A stretch of DNA of 64,000 nucleotides from Botryllus schlosseri (lineage: Eukaryota): NCBI GenBank assembly GCA_051294905.1, contig CM119372.1, positions 39,496,001 to 39,560,000 of the forward strand. Direction: 5' to 3'. The number at the start of each line of letters is the position of its first letter. Positions within the stretch are counted from its first letter, which is position 1. Position numbers and translations under genes: made by a program. The notes beneath the pieces were generated by a model that searched no databases, was not told the DNA's origin, and saw nothing but the letters and a program-made list of their open reading frames with translations. Shown in pieces: positions 51,774 through 63,420 of the stretch.

Positions 51774-53966
51774 ACACAATTACCTACATGTAGAGCTGAT
51801 GGCGCGTAATTCATAATTATATCCTCTGGTATCTTGTTATAATTACTTTAGTGTATGTTGTTAATTCGTGACTTCCGGTTTGTTATTTAATCAAACGATA
51901 TTGTAGTGGCTCAAGCGTAGCAGACAGGAAAAAAAAAAACTTTCGTGAGACGCACAAACAAATTGTCATGCGTCTTTATATCGGACTGCATGTCTAGCAA
52001 CTCAAGTTGTAAATTACCATGGTCAGTGGCCACATTAACTACAATAGGACATGAAAACATTTTCATCATGGGGAAAAAGCATTTATTCCGTCAATGAGAC
52101 CGTCGAACTTAAAAATCAAGTCAAATGATCCATTGGTTTGATAGTCGGATAGCGATGTAAAACGTGTTGCAACACCACCTGCACTTAATTAAGTCTGATG
52201 ATGAGCAGACTTGAATTTGAGTGACGATCCAAACGCATTTGAGTGTGAGCATACTTTTTGACGTGAGTTGAGTAACGAAATCGTTGCTGAGTAGAGAATC
52301 GCTACTCGACAGCAAAGGAATTGGTCTCCACCCTTAATTATAAACTCCAGATTCCAAGCCAAGCAAGTGTAATTTTTGAATCAATTTTTTTGTTTGTTCC
52401 AAATTGATTTTATAATATTTTTGTTGGATTTTCTAACGTCAATGGGAGCCGCAAGTAGGCTAGCTCGGAGCCGCGGTTGGAAATCACTGATATAGAGAGG
52501 ATTTCCAAGATAATTAGATCTCTCGAAAATACTCTATAACTTATGTTGGTTTACGAAATACTTTTTTAGGACCCTTCGAGCTCGCTCCCCACCCTATTGG
52601 GAAATTTGGGGTGCGGCAATTATGGCCCTGGCAAAAATGCAAATCATTGGGCGCGATAAATTGCACTCTATAAAAATGGGCAATGGTACATTATGACGTA
52701 ACAAGCAAATGACGCATCTCTTTTAAAGAGAGTTTGTTATCTCATTAGGCCTCTTCAGCGCAATCCATATATTGTCTTCCAACATAGCTTCCAAGATGCA
52801 AAATAAATGTAATCGTGAGTAATCGTGATTACTTTTCCAATGTAATCGTAATCGTAATTGACTACTTCCTGATTTTGCCGTAATCGTAATCGCGTCATTC
52901 AGAAGTAATCGTAATCGAAATCGATTACAATCATGAAGTAATCACCCCATGTCTGATTATCGGTATTGGTATAGAACCAATGAATTGATATCTTGGTAAA
53001 TTTGGGGTACCGGGCTTATCGAACGCCTTGAAATCTTAACGAGTGCACCATGCGTTGATTGATCAGAGAGAAGCAGACATGGCGGCGCCTTTATGGCAAT
53101 GGTGTCTCAAATCCACATTGTCTTCGTCATTGTTGGCGTTAAATGGCCTTCAATTGACATTGCTGTCGTTACAATACATTCATTACATGCGATTTATTCC
53201 TTGCGTATATGGATAAAGTGGTGAATAATGTATCGATTCAGCTATCCGGCCCGCCAAGAACTTAATTTTCCTACATGCGGCCCGCCGACCGGAGAAGTTG
53301 CCCGCCCCTGCCCTATAGTATACTCAGTACACTATACTATACTACTATTCTGTAAAGATGTTTCCGGATTATTATCAGCTTTAGGCATAGTCTACAGATC
53401 GGCAGAACGGCGATTGTTTTGGACTCACCTCTAATGAGTTTGAAGGCAGTATTACTACAGAATTACGTAATGGATCTGTTGCTGTTGGACAATTGAACAT
53501 TCACTGAAGCTCACATAACGCGATCAAGACATGACATTCCTTTTGAAGCCTCTTCAGTATAGCCAGCACAAATGGAAAATATTTAGTAAACTGAATAATG
53601 ATTCCGATACTTCTTCACAGGGTCACAGGTCGGTTACACTAAACATCCATTTTTTGTGTCTGTGGAACTCGAGGGCTGATGATGATCACCACTACACACA
53701 AATTAGCTGGACATACACACAGAACAGGTTTTACACCTGATAGTGAAAATGTCGAATCTGCATACACTTGATTTATCCTCAAAATATTCTTTGGCTACCT
53801 CTAAACATTAAACATAGTCTCATAAAAAAACGATACCTTGGCACTTGGTAATGATGGCCCAACTTTCAAGTTCTTAACAAATTAAATTTCCCTGTGTCTC
53901 TGAAGTAAAGCTACGGGTCTGTGAAGCTACAGATCTGTGAACTGATCAAATACGAAGGTTTCACTA

Positions 53967-55255
53967 CAGAGGTGGTCAGTAATGAAGTACTTCTACTTTT
54001 TCGAAGTACTCAAGTAGTTTACATCTACTTCTGGTACTTACTCAAGTAGGTCTGAATTTCGCTACTTCTACTTCTACTTCGTAATTTTTTGTGATCTACT
54101 TACTTACTTTTCGCTATTTTCAGTTTGTCAAGTAGAAGTAGTTTAATCCTTCCTCCAGGAAGATAGCCTGAGGAATTTCGGGACTGTTTTGACGGAGTAT
54201 CAACATTTATTTTTCATAAAAGTTGAGTAAAGCCCAGAATTTTCGTCGCGCTTCGCGCTCAGTGGATACGGAGTAGCCAATATGATTACACGAAAATGTC
54301 GGTGAATATAATTTGGGTAGCGGGTTGGCGTGGTTCCGTTCACACCGCATTGTCGCCCTTTGCCCATATGGAATATTTCACCACAGTATATATGGTTCAT
54401 CATAACGTTTGAAACTGATGTTTCGCAATCTAGCATTTACTTATCATATCGTAATCTAGCAGTCCATGGCGTGTCATAATCTGGAAAAGTGAACTCAGAC
54501 TTTTTTTAGTTTTAGAGCTTTTTTAGCATACCACCTTTGAAACTTTCTGTCTTTAGATATGAAATACATATTCCGCTTTTAGAAGTAGTATTTACATTTC
54601 ACTTTCAATTCCCAGTATCATATACTTTGATCTCTAATAATATCAGTTCTTTTGTCTCGATAAGATACATGATGAAGTATAAAAGCAACTGTAGTAATGT
54701 CTTTAATTTCCGGAAATAAAGCAACACAATATGGCATTTTCACGATCCACCATATTTATTATTCACGTTTTATAATCGCGCAAAGTGCTCACACCGTTTC
54801 CTATACAACTTCTCCTTATTCCTCTTCAACTGCACCACGGGCCTTATAATATGGGGGAGGGCGCCATACCATGATATTTTCTAAAACGGGCTGTTCGATT
54901 AAACAGGATTAGTATCGCATTTCCATATCAATACTATCATTTTATCCCATGATGCGGACGTATGCATATGCTGTCGAAAATTGAATACCTCCTGGTATAC
55001 ATCAATATGAATCAAGCTCGGCACCTTTCACATTGATCAATTTGCACCTTTTGACAATCCATGTGAACGAATTACGATCGTTTTCACAACTACTTACTTA
55101 CTTGAGTAGATTTAAAGTCAGTCAATTCTACTTCTACTTCAAGTAGTTTTAGGTTGCTTATGGAAAAAGTACTTCTACTCGTACTTGAGTAGATTTTTTC
55201 GTCGCTACTTTTACTTCTACTTGAGTAGCTTTCTTGACTACTTTGACCACCTCTG
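53967..55255. mobile_element. hAT-type element, CTACTT-array family, inside the Chapaev3-like transposase relic
   Basis: TIR CAGAGGTGGTCA. Perfect TSD TTTCACTA. Confidence 0.92.
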
Positions 55256-57705
55256 TTTCACTACACACATGGGACATGGGTACAGTAGAAAAAAGACCAT
55301 GGACAGCTTTTCGAGTAGTAATTCAAACTTCCCTGGAAAGCATAGAAGCCCTGATCACGAAGCACGGGTCAAAGAACTGCTTGAAAGCTTTCAATCCCTT
55401 GAAGCCCTGATGTATGTGAAAATGCACTTTCTGAGTTCTGGTTAGGATTACTTTCCAGTCCACTATGGTGATTACAGCGTAAAACAAGAAAAGATATTCC
55501 ACCAAGACCTTCGCAAGATGGACGACGGCGGGTGTCAAGGATACAAGGACGTAAACATGATTGCATATCACCGTTGGTGCTTAAAGAGAGATCCGCACAT
55601 AACTTCAAACAGGGAAGACAATCTTTAAAGTTTAAAGCGACATTTATTGTCAGCTTAAATCATTTGTATCTTATATACGTTTACGTATCCATAGTGTAAC
55701 ATATTAACACCTTCTTCTGTTAGGTTGAGCGCCATTGAACAAAATTATGATATCTTGGTTAATTGTAAGTGCTTTAGTTCAACTGTGTCATTATATGTTA
55801 TTAGTACTTAAAACGGCTATCATTGCAAAAACCTTGAATTCAAATAAGAATACCATCTTGCAAAAATTGACAACATGTGTAACAAGATCTCCGTCTGTAG
55901 TTGATCACATCACACACGATACAACAACTGCTGCAGAGACTTTATTATACGTCCATCCGCCGAAGCGGCCGGAGACAAAAGATGAAGTGAAAGCACGATG
56001 CGATGATACTACAGCTGACGTAAGGGGAAATGTAGAGCACGGCTGCTACACATGCATGACCAATTAAGCTACCAGAGAAATTAGTTTTGTTGTGTGCAAT
56101 AATGACCAGAAGCTGGCATGATTAAATATGCCATAGAAAAAAACTTGACCTGATTAAAAAAACCGGTTGCATAATTGAGTTCAGCGCAAAAAATTGCTAC
56201 AAAAACAGATAAAACATATTTGACCTCGCAGCACAGTGTAATATATAGAATGAGACGCTAACACGGAGTATTTTCGAGATTTTCCTAATTTTGGACAACC
56301 CTAGTGTCTATATATGCTTGGATTCTCTCGTCTTCAACATTGGGTGAACTCACCTTTTCTTTTCCTTGGAATCGATCACATGGAGTAATCTCAACACCAA
56401 AAGCAGTAACTATAGATATGCATATCTCCTGTGACGTCTACTCAACGGTACCGGTGTCCCGACACCGACAACCTCATTCGGTTCCGAGTCGCCGCCGCCG
56501 CGCGCTTCCCTCTGCCACGAGAAAAACGCTCGGCGAGAAGCGTAATGAGGCACTCAAAATTATGATGAATAGACAGAGTTTTCGCCTTTAGTGTAAACCA
56601 GTGTCCACCTGCCTTAAGGCTTACACATTGATGACGGAGGAATCGGACATTTGATCCTCGATCATAGAGCCTCGTATTCAAATATATATTCTAATGTGAC
56701 AATGCCTTCGTTTTATGTGATTTTGTGGATGATATATCCATGTTACTGCTAGCAGTGCGTTGCGAAAGTTCTACATATCATGAGTTTTTGTTGTGATTCC
56801 TAAATAACCCTATACATATTTTACGTTCCGACTTCGATGATTAGGTAACCTACATCGCTTTCATATGGCACAAATGAAAGGAGTATATAATTGGTATATC
56901 AGGGCTGTTGAAATGGATGATTTCATCAAAAATAATTGGAATATAAATGCCGCAAAAATTTCAACATATCAATAAAAGAATATTATCTGAGACGTCGGGT
57001 ATAGCTGCGAAAGTATGGAAAAAAGTATCAAATATGGCATGGAAAAATATTGCTATGACATGAAAAATTCCAAGTATGGTATGGAACGATTGATGCGAGT
57101 ATGGAGTATGGAAATGGAGTATGGAAATTTCCCAATCCATAACATACCATCCTCTGGTCATGTGTTCAATTGCCCCGCACCCAGTCTACTGCGCAACTTT
57201 TGAGTGATGCATCTCTACTGTCTCAAGAGATACTAAGAAAATAACGTCCTTTCATAATTATGAATACAGATTGACTTAATTCTATAAATCAAGCGTAACT
57301 AATGCGATATTTTTTCACTTTTGGTTTTCTAGTTACACTGAACCTCACGAGGCGCGTAAAGAAATATTTCAGGTTTAATGAATTGGTCCAAAAATAGTGT
57401 GTTTATTGCTCATTAAAAATAAATACATAAGAATTGGAGGTGTTGCGCCTTTGGCCCTATGTCAGATAAATATAGCACAGGTAATTAGTTCGTCACTTTC
57501 CGTTTTGGAACATTACACCAAGTTTGGCATGTTTGTTTTCGCTTGGGTAGCTGTTCACTGAAAATAAAGCAAGTGTACTTGCGATCTTTGACTTGAATGA
57601 CGTTGGAATGTTTTGTCACCATCTAAAAATGTTGTCTTTAAACTAATTAAAGATTTTGTAAGACAATGCTTTCACGCTGATAGAATGGCGATAAAAATCT
57701 AGGGA

Positions 57706-57976
57706 TTTGTTTTTTTGGGGTATTCATGGTGTTTGTCGACTACAATGGTCATTTACACCAGGCCGATATTCTTTTCATTTTCCGTAACTGCCGACTTATA
57801 GTACGGCCCACCTCTAGGCTTTTGTAAGATACCGCTGATGCGGATGAGGTGGCGAGGAGGAGCCTAGGTAAACCTCCAACACTTAGGTATCGGAATTCTG
57901 AAGTCGACCTCGGTCGGACTCGAACCCGCACCCATTGGTGTTGCAGCCGCGGATTATACCACTGCCCTATCTCGCC
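57706..57976 (-). mobile_element. tRNA-derived SINE
   Basis: Minus-strand head GGCGAGATAGGGCAGTGGTATAATCC...GGGTTCGAGTCCG (A and B boxes) and an A-rich 3' end. Second copy at 49639-51773. Confidence 0.8.
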
Positions 57977-58394
57977 GCAATCTAGGGATGTGAACTGGCC
58001 CACAGAAAAATTGTGTTGTTACAAGTACCTGAAGAACTATATCAAGTATGCTTATGAAACGTATATATGATATGACATTGCATGTAGTAATGTCTCGGTG
58101 ACTACTTGTATCGATCGTCTTTCTCAGTATCAAAACTATATTGAACAGAGATAGACACCAATTATGTTATTTCCGACTGTCATCAGCGATTCGGATTCTA
58201 TTTTAATCTTTTATATCAGAACAAACACGTTTTGCGAACACGATGCGAAATTGCTAAGAATAAAACAGAATACATAAAATTATCATCTGTCTCCAGTCCG
58301 AATTGAATGTCTCTCATATATCTGTAACTTCGATCCGTTCATAATATATGACTCTGACCCCTAGCTCATGAGTCATTTTGTACGTTACAATTAC

Positions 58395-58917
58395 AATCGT
58401 TGTAATGACTGGAGTCCGACTCGAGTCACGATTTTCTGATGACTCGACTTGACTCCGGTCGTTCCGTGTATTGACTCGACTTGGACGCGAGTCATTGCTC
58501 ATCACTCGAACCGAGTCATATGACTCGAGACTCAAACGGCCTCGGCCGACATTTCATTGTAATTACGAAGTATAGCAAAGTAACCACACCATTGGGATTT
58601 CGTATATTGGTACTGGTACTTGAAAATGCGACCAGAAACTGCTAAAAGTGAGGAAAATTATTATATTATAAATGCGAACCATTCGATGTCACCAAGCAGA
58701 GTTATGAAAAGTGGGTTTAGAAAGACTTTTCCTGGAAACTGAGCAGTCAACACAAGGACTTGGACTCGGACTCGAGTCATAATACCATGACTCGGACTAG
58801 ACCCTCTACTCGCGTACTTGGACTCGGACTTGAAAATGAATCGACTTGACTCGAGTCAAAACTATAAAAGTGAGATTGACTTGTGACTTGGAGCCTTGTG
58901 ACTCGATTACATCCCTG
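58395..58917. mobile_element. GACTCGAGTC-array hAT MITE, inverted copy of 50711-51311
   Basis: Reverse-complement similarity to 50711-51311. TTACATCCCTG end. Confidence 0.85.
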
Positions 58918-59887
58918 ATGATTACTTACGCTACGCACATATGGTCTATAGCCAGTTTTTATATGAATGCCAAAAGTATGACGGCATCTCATTATTAATG
59001 TATATATTGCTCTCCTCAATCGTTATTTATAATTCAGATCAATGGGCCTCAAGAAGGCTATGGTTGCGGAAAGAAAGGCGGATATTGAAAATCACTAAAA
59101 AAAGTATACGCTCTTCACAATCACTCAAGACGCTCATTCGATTCAGCGGACGTGTGCTCAATTTCAGTATATGAATTTAGCTGTGCATTTCACAACTTTG
59201 TAACCAAAAATAAATTTGCAGAGTTTTTCGATTCAACAAAAGCTACTGTTATACCCGATGCCCGATAATTCTTTGATTTATTGCTTTGTGATGCATATAT
59301 ATCAGTGGTTAGTTCATTTTGACAAACGATCCTTTCAATGAGTTCGAACCGTAATAAAGAATTATGTTGTGTGCATAAAGATATGTGTTACACTTAGAAT
59401 GGAATACAGGGTGTTACAATGGACATTCAGCAAAAGTGATTGTCATAGTGTATATATTTTTCGTAAAGAAGCGGTTTGAATTCCAAAATCGCCAAATCTG
59501 GTTCAATTTCCCTGTCGAATTAACAACTCTCTTTCAATTGTAATAAAAAAGATAGATTAACTCAGACTACATCTCGTATCACGCACTATCACGTAAATCA
59601 CTAAGTTTTCCTTTCCCACTCCACTACGTATCTAAAACGAACCTCGGGAAAATTGTAAAAATCAGTTGTAGATATAGGTGTAACTGTAATGCTATGATTT
59701 TATTCTTTAGAACACTAAATACGTCATGATTGCAACAACTGTTTATCAGCATACTATAAATGCCAATATCTGTGTCATATTGACATCACTCCGTCGCTCT
59801 GAAATCTTATCAATAGCGATAAGGGAAAGTAAGCATAGAGGGGGTCAAAATAGTGATCTACCTAATCTATTCATTTTGATGTAAAAT

Positions 59888-60050
59888 GGAAGAAATAAAT
59901 TCTTACCAGTGTTGGGATCAGAGTTGGATCAATTACTTTAATTCGGTTCAATTACAACTGCAATTACAATTACTCCCTTGCATGCTTCATTTACATTACA
60001 ATTACAATTACCCAATTCAAAAAATATCAAATTATAATTACTATCACCGT
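59888..60050. repeat. AATTAC subterminal array (end of a hAT-like element); second copy at 15122-15270
   Basis: CAGAGTTGGATCAA.TAC start shared with the 15122 copy. Confidence 0.65.
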
Positions 60051-60801
60051 TAAACGTGTAGCAAGAAATAAACTGCCCATTTTAAGGCGCAGTGTATGAT
60101 TTCTGTAGTGGGTCCATTGGAAATTCTTGTGCTCAATTATATTGAACGGAATTTGGTTAGGTAAGAATCCCAATGCTTTACGACCAGATCTCATTTCCGT
60201 AGACCGTCATTGGTGGGATTGTCCCTACCCATGACGACGATGGCTTCAAAAAACTCAAAATTAACCTCACCCGAAATAATAACTCACTTTGATCGGAAAT
60301 CAGAATAGAAACTCCCGCCTTTTATCGTGGCAGTGGGCATCCCCTTATTTGTCAGAACCTCCCTCTACCTCGAGATCCAGAGAAAAACCTACGATGCTTC
60401 TTTTGCATAACTCAGTCTAAATTGTTGCCAAAATCATTTAATGTGCTGTCAGTTCAGTTTGGTCAAATTCAAACTCTAAATCTAAATTGATTCTGTCGGT
60501 TTACTTCAATCCCTATCCATTAAAATGTTTTATTACCAACACACACATAGGCTATATTCCTGATATATCACAACGTATTACCAATACAGATGTCGTCAGC
60601 TCTATGCGTACTTGAACAGTGTTTAGTCAATGCGTCATCACGCATGGCATTATGTTTTTGTCTTGATGAAAGTAATATGAGCTGCATGAGCGGGTTACAA
60701 TGCGGAATTCGACTTCCAAGCGACGACATTTCGACTATGTTTCTTATACATATGAGAACAGACAACAAATCAGGTTGGGTGTGTACCTCCATTATCTACA
60801 C

Positions 60802-62001
60802 CAGAGGTCTCAAACACGCGGGCCGCATGCGGCCCGCCGGAGCATTTTGTGCGGCCCGCGTGAACATTTTAGATTTTTAATAATTTGACAATATATAAGT
60901 GTCACATATATCTTTTCAGGTTATAAAGTCAAAATTCCCTCTTAAATTGCTCCAAAAGCCTGAAACTATTCGTTAAACTTCACTATCACATCTATTACAC
61001 ACGCTACCATGAAGGGGAAGATTCACTATTTCACCACATTTCCAATTCATGATGACAAAACCTGACCCTTAGACGATTCGTGACTGAAATTTGTGAGTTG
61101 GAATTGGACGCGACCTTTCTTAGAATTACTCAGACTCGGGCTAACTCGATGGCAAAATGAAAATGACTCCAGTTGACTCGGAGTGACTAGGAATGCCGTG
61201 AATTTGTAAGAATCGTGGACGCAACAAACTAATCGCGTATCAGGGTAATAGTAATAGATCAGAAGGTCGCAGCTTGGTATTTTGCCAACCAAGCAATTAG
61301 TGATGGCAACCATGGGCAATCTGTTAGTTACATCTTTGGTCGCTAAACCATGTTATTAAGGCCACTTCAAGGTACTGAGTACCGTAGTGGTACGCTCCAA
61401 CGATGTAACAATAATGGGCCGTTCGGCGTTCCGACAATTCAATCACTAAGACACATTCATTAATATATTTATATCTTATTCATATTTTTTTCTGCTCCTG
61501 TATTTGAAGATATTTGGCCATGAGACTAATAGCCTACATATCAGAAGTACACCCGAATCCTGGATTGGAATTACAGTGCTTAACCTAAAAATGTTTTGAT
61601 ATCAGATCAGTCTCTAATATCAATCTGTTAAATTCAAAATATTCATAGTAGATGGAAAATTATAATCCGATAGCCTTTATGATGGCATCATACATTTGTC
61701 CGCCCATATGGTGTCTATATCTTATAATTATTATATATCAGATACAACAACAATTCTATTCAAATAGTTATAAATGTGAAGATTCTTTTCGTGCCAGGCC
61801 TAAATTGATACAAGAGCAAATCACATTTTGGCGATGTGTGTTTACTGTCAGTCTGCTGGATCGGCTCACTTTCAATAGGACAATTCATTCCCGCCAAATA
61901 AGGCCTACTAGGAAAGACATATAATACCCCTAGTGCTGCGGCCCGAGGCGTATTCAAACGGGAAAACTGGCCCGTGAGCACATTTGAGTTTGAGACCTCT
62001 G
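60802..62001. mobile_element. hAT element (TIR CAGAGGTCTCAAAC) abutting the FReD stop codon
   Basis: Perfect 14-bp TIR. TSD ATCTACAC/ATCTACAT. Confidence 0.9.
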
Positions 62002-62008
62002 ATCTACA

Positions 62009-62366
62009 TTAATCCATTTCGTTTGGACTTTGAATATTTTGAAGCCATCCTTCATTTGAGAATCTTCTGCGAAATTTCATTTCCGAATAGCGAAGGAGTC
62101 TGTTGTAGGATCCATGATGCCACCAAAATCCCTTCTCATCTGTTTTGTTGAAGTTTCCATTCAGATTGCTTGCGGCGCACCAGTCATACCACCAAGCTCC
62201 TTCGCGGTGAATGGCGCAATTTTGCGGCGGAAGATATCGATCGTGATCGGCATCTTTCGTGGTGAATTCTAGATTGTTGCTATCCGCGAGACCATCGTAT
62301 ACATTTCCGGAGAATCCGGAAATATTCAGTCTGTAGTTGTCAGAACTGGGTCCGAGTTGAAAATTG
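62009..62366 (-). CDS. Terminal exon of a fibrinogen C-terminal domain (FReD) protein, ficolin/FIBCD1/MFAP4/tenascin-like; upstream exons not seen in window
   Basis: Hand translation after the catccag| acceptor (phase 2): NFQLGPSSDNYRLNISGFSGNVYDGLADSNNLEFTTKDADHDRYLPPQNCAIHREGAWWYDWCAASNLNGNFNKTDEKGFWWHHGSYNRLLRYSEMKFRRRFSNEGWLQNIQSPNEMD*. Has the FReD hallmarks FTTxDxDxD, NCA, GAWWYxxCxxSNLNG and SEMK. Confidence 0.93.
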
Positions 62367-62489
62367 CTGGATGATAGAAATTGGTTTAAGAATAAAAATA
62401 AATATAATGTAAATTTTAATGCTTTATATTTTACTTGGAAATTGAAAAATCATAGCAACTACATCGTTTGATATTATCTATTTTATTAA

Positions 62490-63420
62490 CCCTTTTAATG
62501 GAGGGGGGTCACTGGTGACCCAAGTTCAAGTTCATCTCTCAAATTCTCTAAAGATATATGTCGTAGCGGACTGCTTTTGGTTTCTATGGAAAGCCAGCTA
62601 TCATCTGATTTATATGATACATAATTTGAAGGCATAGGGCATGACAATTTTCGAACACCGACGATCTGACATGAGGAGTTTGGCTGAAAATACCCATGCC
62701 TAAAATATCCAGATATCTTCCGAGTAAGAAATATAGTCGGAAATTCTGCCAGAACATCAGAAGTCGGCTTGTACGGTATAATGTGCAATTTTTCACCATT
62801 TCGAACCTCAGACTTTGTTCTGGGGGTTTTCAGAGGCGGTTTGGTAATTTTGGTTACGCTTCGGTGATTTTCAAGAACGTAATCAAGTCCAAGTTCGTGA
62901 CGGAATACAAGTCGCAAACTGGTTTACTATGTCGGCAAATGGTTAGATATGAAAAGGGAAAGTATACCACGTTGTTTCATGCCATTGATCTTGAACTTGA
63001 CCATTATAACCACTCACTGACCACGCCCATATGTAAATTTTTCATGTATTTTTGATTTTACGATATTTGACGAGCCGGGCGGGTTACGGTCGTGGTTGAC
63101 GGCTTGTTTGAAGCCAGGCAACGGTGGCTGCGCACTGAGGCATCATTTTTGACTCTCTGACGCTATACTGGGGGTCTGTCTGGAAAAATGAGAGAGTGAA
63201 AGAGATTTTTCAGAGAAAAAGTTTGTTTATTTAGTCTTATAAAAAAAAACTCTAGACATGTCATGGGGTGTCGATCGAGGGCGGAAACGGCAGAAGGCTA
63301 TACTCCGCCCATTTTTAAACTGGAACAGCTCAGATTAAACTCTTGGTTAGATCACGGTATGAATTTGAAAAGCGATAGTCAGTTCAGCAAAATCTGACCC
63401 CCCCCCCCCCAATAAAAGGG
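62490..63420. mobile_element. piggyBac-like non-autonomous element in the FReD gene intron
   Basis: TTAA at 62486-62489 and 63421-63424. TIR CCCTTTTA(A/T)TGG.GGG. Confidence 0.8.

Larger units (their letters stand above)
46067..52955. mobile_element. Inverted copy of the 1201-3353 GATTAC-array element, inflated by insertions
   Basis: Colinear reverse-complement similarity to 1201-3353. Approximate TSD ATTATCG. Confidence 0.88.
45808..53310. mobile_element. hAT element (TIR CAGGGGCGGGCAAC) hosting nested insertions
   Basis: Perfect 14-bp TIR. TSD CCCTATAA/CCCTATAG. Confidence 0.88.
45245..56238 (+). mobile_element. Second Chapaev3-like relic, expanded to about 11 kb by nested insertions
   Basis: Segments 45245-45370, 45717-45807, 53311-53966 and 55256-56238 match the reverse complement of 33191-35288. 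Right end GCAGCACAGTG. Transposase remnants NFPGKHRSPDH...KMHFL. Left end unclear. Confidence 0.65.

Noticed and set aside
57905..57976. tRNA gene on the minus strand
   Set aside because: It is the head of a repeated SINE, with a diverged second copy ending at 51773.
62696..63055. Intact piggyBac transposase
   Set aside because: The element is only about 0.93 kb. At most there is a faint YLPSK remnant, with no DDD core.
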